A stretch of 64,000 nt of DNA, taken from Longimicrobiales bacterium (GTDB lineage: Bacteria > Gemmatimonadota > Gemmatimonadetes > Longimicrobiales > RSA9). Position 1 is the stretch's first letter; each line of letters starts with the position of its first letter. The stretch spans positions 55-64,054 of the forward strand of contig DATKDR010000010.1 of the NCBI GenBank assembly GCA_035512635.1, read 5' to 3'. A program made the translations under genes and the position numbers. Positions 8,748 through 16,165 of this stretch are shown here, in pieces. Below the pieces are notes generated by a model. That model worked only from the letters and a program-made list of their open reading frames with translations, was not told where the DNA came from and searched no databases.

Positions 8748-8866
8748 GGTAGTCGGTATCGTTAATCGGTCGTCGGTATCCGGTATTCAGTATTCGGCAG
8801 TCGGAGTCCGGCAGGCGGCAATCGATTACCGTTTACCGCATACGTCTACTGTCTACGGTATAACGG
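8748..8866. repeat. Degenerate heptanucleotide array, about 17 units, consensus GTATCCG
   Basis: GGTAGTC GGTATCG TTAATCG GTCGTCG GTATCCG GTATTCA GTATTCG GCAGTCG GAGTCCG GCAGGCG GCAATCG ATTACCG TTTACCG CATACGT CTACTGT CTACGGT ATAACGG. It fills the whole ridA/crotonase gap and overlaps the last 14 nt of ridA. Confidence 0.85.
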
Positions 8867-9254
8867 CCGTGGCTTCGATCTCGATGACGGCATCCTCGTC
8901 GACGAGTGCGGAGACCTCGACGACGGACATGGCGGGATAGTGCCGCCCCATGCGCGCGCGCCAGACGGCGCCGATCTCCTTCAGCTGACGCCGGTACTCC
9001 TTCAGGTCGGTCATGAAGATGGTCATGCGCGCGATGTCGTTCGGGCGGCCACCCGCCGACTCGACCACCATCAGCACGTTGGCCAGCGCTTGCTCCCACT
9101 GGTCGACGAGTCCTCCTTCGACGATGCGACCGGCGGGATCGCGCGCCGTCTGGCCGGCGACGAAGAGGATGCCGCCGCCGGGGGGCGCGAGCATGCCGTT
9201 GGTCCAGCCGCGCGGCTCGCCGAGCGGCTCGGGATTGATCGACTGGAGACTCAT
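8853..9254 (-). CDS. RidA/YjgF/TdcF-family reactive-intermediate deaminase
   Basis: 133 aa with the typical length and C-terminal VEIEATAV-type signature. Its TAG stop lies inside the heptamer array. Confidence 0.8.
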   Translation of the reverse strand: MSLQSINPEPLGEPRGWTNGMLAPPGGGILFVAGQTARDPAGRIVEGGLVDQWEQALANVLMVVESAGGRPNDIARMTIFMTDLKEYRRQLKEIGAVWRARMGRHYPAMSVVEVSALVDEDAVIEIEATAVIP

Positions 9255-9261
9255 CGCTGCG

Positions 9262-10035
9262 TCACTCGTTTCCCTCGATCACGATGGCTTCGCCGTTCAC
9301 GTCGGCGGCGTCGTCGGCACACAGCCGCAGCACCGCGGCCGCGACCTCCTCGGGCGTGATGAGGCGCGCCTGCGAACCGGTCTCGAGGAGGGCGGCGATC
9401 GTTTCCTCGCGCGTGCGGCCGGTGCGCGACGAGATGGTAGCGATCGTCTGCTCCGTCATCGGCGAATCGACATAGCCGGGACATACGGCGTTGCAGGTGA
9501 CGCCGGTGCCCTGCACCTCCGCGGCGACCGCGCGCGTGAGTCCCACGAGCGCGTGCTTGGACGCGGCGTAGGCGGCAATGTACCGGGCGCCATGGAGTCC
9601 GGCGACCGACGCGATGTTGACGATGCGGCCGTGCGCGCGCGTCAGCATGCCCGGCAGCGCGGCGCGCGTCGCGACGAACGCGGACGTCGCGTTCAGCTCA
9701 AGCAGGCGGTGCCACTCCTCGAGGGTGGTGCGGTGCAGGGGAGCGGAGGACGCGCCGCCGGCGTTGTTGACCAGGATGTCGATGCCGCCGAGGCGGTCGT
9801 CGGCGTCGGCGATCATCGCCTCGAGCGCGGCGGCGTCGGTGACGTCCACCTGGAGCGCCCACGCGTCGGCCGCGGCCTCGCGCAGCTCCCGCGCGACGCC
9901 CGTGATCTGGTCGGCCGAGCGCGCGGAGACGACGACTCGCGCACCCGCAGCGGCCAGCGCACGCGCGATCGCAGCGCCGATGCCGCGACCGCCGCCGGTG
10001 ACCAGCGCGCCACGCCCGTCGAGCGCGCGCGGCAT
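9262..10035 (-). CDS. Short-chain dehydrogenase/reductase (SDR)
   Basis: Motifs TGGGRGIG and YAASK. ATG 10035 leaves a 2-nt gap to the upstream stop; the ORF-track start at 10059 would overlap the upstream gene by 22 nt. Confidence 0.8.
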   Translation of the reverse strand: MPRALDGRGALVTGGGRGIGAAIARALAAAGARVVVSARSADQITGVARELREAAADAWALQVDVTDAAALEAMIADADDRLGGIDILVNNAGGASSAPLHRTTLEEWHRLLELNATSAFVATRAALPGMLTRAHGRIVNIASVAGLHGARYIAAYAASKHALVGLTRAVAAEVQGTGVTCNAVCPGYVDSPMTEQTIATISSRTGRTREETIAALLETGSQARLITPEEVAAAVLRLCADDAADVNGEAIVIEGNE

Positions 10036-10037
10036 TC

Positions 10038-10832
10038 CTACCGGTCCCTGCCCGGCCATCCGATCTCCCGGTCGCGTTCGAGGACGGCTACCACCTCCTC
10101 CTCGAGGAGTACGCCGAGCGTGTCGATCGTGCGCCGCCCCTCGTCGGCGGTCGCGGCCGCGGGCGCGCCGAAGTACGCCTGCTCGCCGCCTGCCTCCCCG
10201 AAGCTGCGCACGCCGTCCCGGATGGCTTCGGACAGTGAGCGCAGGTAGGGCTCCAGGGCGCGGCGCTCCTCCTCGCGCACCAGCTCGGGCTGCTCGGCCA
10301 GGACGATGCTGGTCTCGTACTGTCCCGCATGACAGGCGCCCGAGCGGAACTCGTCGGTCAGCCGCGCTGCGGTCTCGCGGCGCGTCAGGTCCGGAAAGGC
10401 GACCAGCGGCGCGCCGGCGGCGCGGATCTCCTCGACCGTCGCGCGCAGCACGCTCACCTGCGCGGGATCGAAGTGCGCGTTGACGATGGCGAGGCAGCGG
10501 AAGCCGTGGCCGGCCAGGGCGGCGGCGATGTCGACGATCTGATCGCGCATGACCGACGGCCGCAGCGAGATGGTGCCGGCGAAGCCGGCGGCGAACGGCG
10601 CCGGCGAGTAGACGATGGGCGGCAGCAGCAGGGACGTGTAGCCGCGCGCGTCCAGGCGGCGCGCGCCCGCGGCGGCCATCGCGCGCGCGATGATGACGTC
10701 CGTGCCGAGCGGCAGGTGCGGCCCGTGCGCCTCGATTGCGCCGACCGGCAGCACGGCGATCGTGCGGGCGCGCTCGAGCGCGTCGACCTCGGGCCAGGTC
10801 AGCGTGGACAGTTCCCTCACGACGCCGCTCAT
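10038..10832 (-). CDS. Creatininase-family amidohydrolase
   Basis: 264 aa from ATG 10832. Motifs LTWPEV and LPVGAIEAHGPHLPLGTD. The rest of the 805-aa ORF is an antisense shadow of the ligase gene. Confidence 0.8.
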   Translation of the reverse strand: MSGVVRELSTLTWPEVDALERARTIAVLPVGAIEAHGPHLPLGTDVIIARAMAAAGARRLDARGYTSLLLPPIVYSPAPFAAGFAGTISLRPSVMRDQIVDIAAALAGHGFRCLAIVNAHFDPAQVSVLRATVEEIRAAGAPLVAFPDLTRRETAARLTDEFRSGACHAGQYETSIVLAEQPELVREEERRALEPYLRSLSEAIRDGVRSFGEAGGEQAYFGAPAAATADEGRRTIDTLGVLLEEEVVAVLERDREIGWPGRDR

Positions 10833-10847
10833 TCGTATGTTGCCGTC

Positions 10848-12374
10848 ATGTTCGAGCCACCCGAGGTGTTCAACATCGCGGACTACTTCCTGGACGCGCG
10901 CGTCCGCGAGGGGAGGGGAGATCGCGTCGCGCTGCGCACCGACGACGCCGACTGGAGCTACGCCGAGGTGCAGGCGCTCGCCAATCGCTGGGGCAATGTG
11001 CTGCGCGAAGCCGGCGTGCAGCCGGAGCAGCGCGTCCTGCTGGGCACGCTCGACTCGCCCGACCACGTGGGCGCGCTCTTCGGCGCGCTCAAGATCGGCG
11101 CCGTGCCCGTGATGGTCAATCCGTTCCTGAAGGCGGACGCGATCGCCTGGTTCTACGAGTATACGGGCGCGAGCGCCGCCGTGGTGCACGCAGAGACGTC
11201 CGCACCGTTCCAGACGGCGCGAGCCGGCGCCCGTCGCCTGCGCGAGCTGATCGTCGCCGACGACGCCGATTTCCGCCGCCGCCTCGACGCCGCGTCCGCC
11301 GTGCTGGATCCCGAGCCGACGCACCGCGACGACGCCGCCATCTGGCTCTTTTCCGGCGGCACCACGGGCAGGCCGAAGGCGGTCGTGCAGACGCATCGCT
11401 CGTACGCCAACTCGACGGAATGCTACGGCAAAGGCGTGCTCGGACTCACGGAGGACGACGTCACCATCTCCGTGCCGAAGCTCTTCTTCGGCTACGCGAT
11501 GGGCACGAACCTGTTCTTCCCGTTCTCCGTCGGCGCCTCCTGCGTGCTCTTCCCCGAACGCTGCACCCCGGCGGCGATCCTGGACCGCATCGAGCGCTTT
11601 CGCCCGTCCGTCCTCGTGACCGTGCCGACGATGGTGCAGCAGATGCTCGCCGATCCGACGCTCGCGAAGCGCGACCTGTCCTCGCTGCGGCTCGCGACCT
11701 CGGCGGGCGAGGCGCTGCCGCTCGAGCTGCACCGGCGCTGGAACCGCGCGTTCGGCATCGAGCTGCTCGACGGCCTCGGCACCGCCGAGATGTGGCACGT
11801 CTTCATCTCGAACCGGCCGGGCGCGGTGCGCCCGGGCACGCTCGGCACCGTCGTCCCGGGCTTCGACGTGCGCGTGCGCGACGACGGCGGCAGCGACCTC
11901 CCGGACGGGCAGGTCGGCTGGCTCTGGGTACGCGGCGACTCGCGCGCGCTCGGCTACTGGCGGCACATGGACCGGACCAAGGAGGCGTTCCGCGGCGAGT
12001 GGTACGTTTCCGGCGACATGCTGAGCCGCGCCACGGACGGCTACTTCTCGTACGCGGGGCGGGGAGACGACATGCTGAAGGTGTCCGGCCGCTGGCTGTC
12101 GCCGCAGGAAGTGGAAAACTGCCTGTTGCAGCACCCGGGCGTGCGGGAGGCGTGCGTGGTCGGAGTGGTCGAAGGGGATGGTCTCACGCGGCCGCACGCG
12201 TACGTCGTGGCCGCGTCCGACGCGGACGCACGGACGCTGGCGGACGATCTCGACGCCTTCGTGCGCAAGCGTCTCGAGTCCTACAAGGTGCCGCGCCGGG
12301 TCGTCCTCATGGACGACCTGCCGCGCACGCACCTGGGGAAGGTCGACCGCGGCCGCCTGCGCGTGTCCGCATGA
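10848..12374 (+). CDS. Aryl-CoA ligase, benzoate/2-aminobenzoate-CoA ligase family (AMP-forming)
   Basis: 508 aa from ATG 10848. Motifs SGGTTGRPK, GYWR and KVSGRWLSP. TATGTT at 10836-10841 lies 6 nt before the ATG and there is no SD. Confidence 0.85.
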   Translation: MFEPPEVFNIADYFLDARVREGRGDRVALRTDDADWSYAEVQALANRWGNVLREAGVQPEQRVLLGTLDSPDHVGALFGALKIGAVPVMVNPFLKADAIAWFYEYTGASAAVVHAETSAPFQTARAGARRLRELIVADDADFRRRLDAASAVLDPEPTHRDDAAIWLFSGGTTGRPKAVVQTHRSYANSTECYGKGVLGLTEDDVTISVPKLFFGYAMGTNLFFPFSVGASCVLFPERCTPAAILDRIERFRPSVLVTVPTMVQQMLADPTLAKRDLSSLRLATSAGEALPLELHRRWNRAFGIELLDGLGTAEMWHVFISNRPGAVRPGTLGTVVPGFDVRVRDDGGSDLPDGQVGWLWVRGDSRALGYWRHMDRTKEAFRGEWYVSGDMLSRATDGYFSYAGRGDDMLKVSGRWLSPQEVENCLLQHPGVREACVVGVVEGDGLTRPHAYVVAASDADARTLADDLDAFVRKRLESYKVPRRVVLMDDLPRTHLGKVDRGRLRVSA

Positions 12375-12901
12375 CTCGCCGGCCGATCCACGCGCGCGTG
12401 CAGAGCGGCGGCGGCGCGCCCGATGACGACGCCGCGGATGCGGTGCGGCACGCATTCGCGCTGTGGGCGAGCGGCGTCGCGGTGGTGACCGCCCGGGACG
12501 ACGACGGCCGCGTCTACGGCATGACCGTCGCCGCGCTGGCGCCCGTCTCGATCGATCCGCCCCTGGTCCTCGCCTGCATCCACAACGATGCGCCGCTAGC
12601 CTCCGTGCTCCTGCCCGGCGTCGCCTGCGGCATGTCGATCCTCACCGAGGGACAGAAGCGGGCGGCGACCACGTTCGCCGATCGCTTCACGGTTCCGGGC
12701 GACCTGCTGGTCGACGAGGGCGACGTGCCGGTCGTCGCCGATGCCGCCGCGACGCTTCTCGGCACGGTGGACCGGGTATACGACGGCGGCGACCATCGCA
12801 TCGCGATCGTGCGAGTGGAGCACGTGTCGGCGTCCCAGCCGGAACTGCCTCCGCTGGTCTACTGGCGCCGGGGCTATCGTCGCCTGGAGCCGCAGGACTG
12901 A
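12371..12901 (+). CDS. Flavin reductase-like (FMN-binding split-barrel) protein
   Basis: 176 aa. VAVVTARDDDGRVYGMTVAALAPVSIDPPLVL. ATGA overlap with the ligase gene. Confidence 0.8.
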   Translation: MTRRPIHARVQSGGGAPDDDAADAVRHAFALWASGVAVVTARDDDGRVYGMTVAALAPVSIDPPLVLACIHNDAPLASVLLPGVACGMSILTEGQKRAATTFADRFTVPGDLLVDEGDVPVVADAAATLLGTVDRVYDGGDHRIAIVRVEHVSASQPELPPLVYWRRGYRRLEPQD

Positions 12902-13033
12902 AACCCGCAGTACCGCGCCGGTGGCGCGCTCGAGCGTCCCCTCCGGATCGCGCGGGTACGGCTCGCACGCGATCGGCAGAAGCAGAATCAGGAGCGCCGC
13001 GCGCCGCGGCCGCATCCGGGTGCCGGTTCCCAT
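12902..13033 (-). pseudogene. Possible 5' stub of a lipoprotein gene
   Basis: GGGAGG (13044-13039) lies 5 nt before ATG 13033. It encodes MGTGTRMRPRRAALLILLLPIAC (signal peptide plus lipobox). After about 44 codons the frame runs antisense into the flavin reductase CDS. Confidence 0.3.
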
Positions 13034-13185
13034 CCACACCTCCCGTCGAGCGCCGGAATCTTCCGCCGGGGGCAGGTGCAGGTCGTGCGCCAGCAAACGG
13101 ATACGGGCTCTTCCGGCATCGAAGTTGCCCCTATGGAAAGGCGCCGCTAAGGACGTTTCCCTTCACGATTCTCCAGGGAGGACTC

Positions 13186-13680
13186 ATGGCACTCGACTCA
13201 CTCGAAAAGCTCTTCGTCGAAGAGCTCAAGGACACGTACAACGCCGAGAAGCAGCTGACCAAGGCGCTCAAGAAGATGGCGAAGAACGCCGCCGACAAGA
13301 CGCTCTCGCAGGCCTTCACGGACCACCTGGCCGAGACCGAGAAGCAGGTCGAGCGGCTGGAGCAGGTGTTCGACTCCATCGACATGGCGCCGAAGGGCAA
13401 GACCTGCGAGGGCATCAAGGGCATCATCGCGGAAGGCGACGACATGATGGCCGAGGACGGCGACGACGACGTGAAGGATGCCGCCCTGATCGCATCCGCC
13501 CAGCGTGCCGAGCACTACGAGATCGCAGCGTACGGCACGCTCCGTCACTACGCCGACCGCCTCGGCTACACCCGGGCCGAACAGCTCCTCTCCGAGACGC
13601 TGAACGAGGAGAAGGCCGCCGACGAGAAGCTCAACCGCATCGCCAAGGAGCTCGTCAATCCGAAGGCGCAGATGACGTAG
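13186..13680 (+). CDS. DUF892 (YciE/YciF-like) ferritin-like stress protein
   Basis: 164 aa. AGGGAGGA SD. Motifs DTYNAEKQL and EHYEIAAYGTL. Confidence 0.85.
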   Translation: MALDSLEKLFVEELKDTYNAEKQLTKALKKMAKNAADKTLSQAFTDHLAETEKQVERLEQVFDSIDMAPKGKTCEGIKGIIAEGDDMMAEDGDDDVKDAALIASAQRAEHYEIAAYGTLRHYADRLGYTRAEQLLSETLNEEKAADEKLNRIAKELVNPKAQMT

Positions 13681-13723
13681 GCGGCTGAACCCGGGTCTGG
13701 CGGACAGTAGCCGGGCGCAGGGT

Positions 13724-13744
13724 ATTCAGTCGTCAGTCGTCAGT
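13724..13744. repeat. Short heptamer run ATTCAGT CGTCAGT CGTCAGT
   Basis: Three units located 44 nt after the DUF892 stop. Confidence 0.5.
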
Positions 13745-13882
13745 GGAATGCGAAGGTGGGTGGGCCCCAATGGGGACTCACCCACTTTCACGTTATACGT
13801 CCGCAACCCGGCCTCTGGCGCCTGAGGCCACTCCCGGAACGCCCGCTGGACTGGTACGGTAGAGCGGGCGGGCCTGGTCACC

Positions 13883-15211
13883 ATGGGAGGCGTTATGCCG
13901 CAGACGAACGGAAGCGAAGGGCGTGGAGGACGGAGCGGTTGGCGCAGGGGACGGGTGGAGCGTCGCGGTGGGCGCTCGGTGCGCCGTGTGGCGCTCGGCG
14001 CGGCGCTGTCCGTCCTCGCCGCCTGCGCGAGCGACCAGAGCCACGGCCCGGGTGACGGTGAGGGGCCGCTCACGTCGCTGCCGCGCGAGCTCAGCGCCGG
14101 CGAACGGTCGCTGATCTCGAGCGCAAACGACTTTACGTTTGCTCTGCTCGCTCGCGCCGCGGCGACCGAGGACGGTCCGAACCTGGTGCTGTCGCCGCTC
14201 AGCGCGTCGATGGCGCTCGGCATGCTCCTGAACGGCGCGACGGGCGAGACGCGCGCGGAGATGGAGGAGGCGCTGCGGCTGGCGGGACTCGATCCGCACG
14301 ACATCAATGCCGGCTATCACGACCTCGTCGAGCTGCTCACCGGGCTCGACGACGATGTCGCCGTCGACATCGCGAACGCAGTGTGGGCGCGCCAGGGAGT
14401 GCCGTTCGAGCCGACGTTCCTGGATACGGTCGTCGCCTACTTCGACGCGACCGTGCGCACCCTCGACTTCGCGGATCCCGCGTCGCCCGACGTGATCAAT
14501 GCCTGGGTCCGCGAGCAGACCAATGACCGCATCGACGAGATGGTGCGGGAGATCGATCCGGACGCGGTCATGTTCCTGATGAACGCGATCTACTTCAAGG
14601 GCGACTGGACGTGGCCGTTCGACCCCGACCGCACGCAGCCGCGCCCCTTCCGGCGCGACGACGGCAGTACGGTCACCGTGCCGATGATGGACATGGACGA
14701 GGCGCCGCATGCGTTCGCGCAGAGCGACGACGGCACGAAGGTGCTCGACTTGTCCTACGCCCGTCGCGCATGGTCGATGACGTTCGTCCAGCCGCCGGAG
14801 GGAATCGGCGCAATGGACTTCGCGGCGTCGCTCGACCGCGCGTCGTGGGATGCGCTCGTCGCATCACTCGACTCGGTCGACGACGTGCCGGTGCAGATGC
14901 CGCGCTTCACGCTCGAGTACGAGCGCGTGCTGAACGATGACCTGTCCGCGCTCGGCATGCGGCGCGTCTTCACCGACATGGCGCAGCTCGACGCGCTCAC
15001 GCCGCTGAGCGTCTACGTGCACCTCGTGAAGCAGAAGGCGTTCATCGCCGTCGACGAGATCGGCACCGAAGCGGCCGCGGTCACCTCGATCGAGGTGCGC
15101 GTCGTCTCGTTGGGCCCGCATATCTTCCTCGACAGGCCCTTCCTCTTCGCCATTCGCGAGCGACTGACAGGGACGATTCTGTTCGTCGGCGTGGTGGGCG
15201 ATCCGGCGTAG
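13883..15211 (+). CDS. Serpin (serine protease inhibitor) lipoprotein
   Basis: 442 aa. Lipobox LAAC. Hinge and reactive-centre loop EIGTEAAAVTSIEVRVVS. C-terminal PFLFAIRERLTGTILFVGVVGDP. An alternative start at ATG 13895 has a GGGAGG SD. Confidence 0.9.
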   Translation: MGGVMPQTNGSEGRGGRSGWRRGRVERRGGRSVRRVALGAALSVLAACASDQSHGPGDGEGPLTSLPRELSAGERSLISSANDFTFALLARAAATEDGPNLVLSPLSASMALGMLLNGATGETRAEMEEALRLAGLDPHDINAGYHDLVELLTGLDDDVAVDIANAVWARQGVPFEPTFLDTVVAYFDATVRTLDFADPASPDVINAWVREQTNDRIDEMVREIDPDAVMFLMNAIYFKGDWTWPFDPDRTQPRPFRRDDGSTVTVPMMDMDEAPHAFAQSDDGTKVLDLSYARRAWSMTFVQPPEGIGAMDFAASLDRASWDALVASLDSVDDVPVQMPRFTLEYERVLNDDLSALGMRRVFTDMAQLDALTPLSVYVHLVKQKAFIAVDEIGTEAAAVTSIEVRVVSLGPHIFLDRPFLFAIRERLTGTILFVGVVGDPA

Positions 15212-15220
15212 GGACGCGAG

Positions 15221-16093
15221 TCACCCGATGCGGACGGCGCCCGGCTCCGGCACGATGGCCGCCCCTCTGCGTCGCGCCCACACCTGGGTGAACTCGGCGC
15301 CGAGCAGGACGATGAGCGCGGCGTAGTAGACCCATACGAGGATGACGGCGAGGGAGCCGGCGGCGCCGTAGGCGCTGCCGGGCTCGCTCTGCCCAATGTA
15401 GAGCCCGATCGCGAACTTGCCGATGACGAACAGCGCGGCGGTCGCGACGGCGCCGGCCCACACGTCCCGCCACTGGATGACCGCGTCGGGCAGCACCTTG
15501 AACATCGCCGCGAAGAGTCCCGTGATCACGACGAACGAGACGACGAGCTGGACGGCGTGCAGCAGCGCGCCGGAGATCGCGTCGGGCAGGAGTCCAGCGA
15601 GCGCGTCCCCGAACGCGGTGAGCGCGGCCGACAGCACCAGGGACACTAGCAGCAGGAAGCCGATGCCCAGGATCATGCCGAGCGAGAGCAGCCGCTTCGC
15701 GAGGAAGTTGCGAACGCCGCCCCGCTCCGGATCCGGCCGCACGTCCCACGCGGTGTTGAGCGCCGACTGGAGCTGCGTGAGAGCGCCGGTCGCGCCGAAC
15801 AACAGCGCCGCCACGCTCAGCAGGGTGGGGAGGAGCCCGCCACGCCCCGGCCGGTTCGCGTTCTCGAGCATCGTGCGGATGCCGGCGGCGCCCTCGGCGC
15901 CCAGCATCGATCGCATCTGCGTCTGGATGCTCCCCTGGATGTCCTCGGGTTCCCAGACCGCGCCGGCGATCATGATCAGCAGCACGAGCAGCGGCGGCAG
16001 CGCGAAGATCGTGTAGTATGCGAGCGCGGCCGCGACGCGTGGCGCATCGTCGGCGCGGAATTCACGCCAGGTTTCCCGGAGGATCGCGAGCAT
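15221..16093 (-). CDS. YihY/BrkB-family membrane protein
   Basis: 290 aa. Motif AALAYYTIFALPPLL. Multi-pass membrane protein. Confidence 0.8.
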   Translation of the reverse strand: MLAILRETWREFRADDAPRVAAALAYYTIFALPPLLVLLIMIAGAVWEPEDIQGSIQTQMRSMLGAEGAAGIRTMLENANRPGRGGLLPTLLSVAALLFGATGALTQLQSALNTAWDVRPDPERGGVRNFLAKRLLSLGMILGIGFLLLVSLVLSAALTAFGDALAGLLPDAISGALLHAVQLVVSFVVITGLFAAMFKVLPDAVIQWRDVWAGAVATAALFVIGKFAIGLYIGQSEPGSAYGAAGSLAVILVWVYYAALIVLLGAEFTQVWARRRGAAIVPEPGAVRIG

Positions 16094-16165
16094 CGGGAGG
16101 TGGTGGACGATCGACCCCGGCGTCGGAAGTCCGACACCGGGGTCCGACCGGCGACCGCGTGCAGA

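Noticed and set aside
8748-8866. Heptamer arrays as a CRISPR array or minisatellite of a mobile element
   Set aside because: The units are 7 nt with no unique spacers, and no cas genes, transposase or terminal inverted repeats are nearby. They are tandem microsatellite-like arrays, not CRISPR.
10833-12455. Upstream 541 codons of the 805-aa ORF 10038..12455
   Set aside because: This part is antisense to the aryl-CoA ligase gene. Only the C-terminal 264 aa carry creatininase-family motifs, and they begin at an ATG.
12596-13096. Full 166-aa minus-strand ORF as a real gene
   Set aside because: Two thirds of it is antisense to the flavin reductase CDS and looks like junk. Only the SD, ATG and signal-peptide stub is retained, as a low-confidence remnant.
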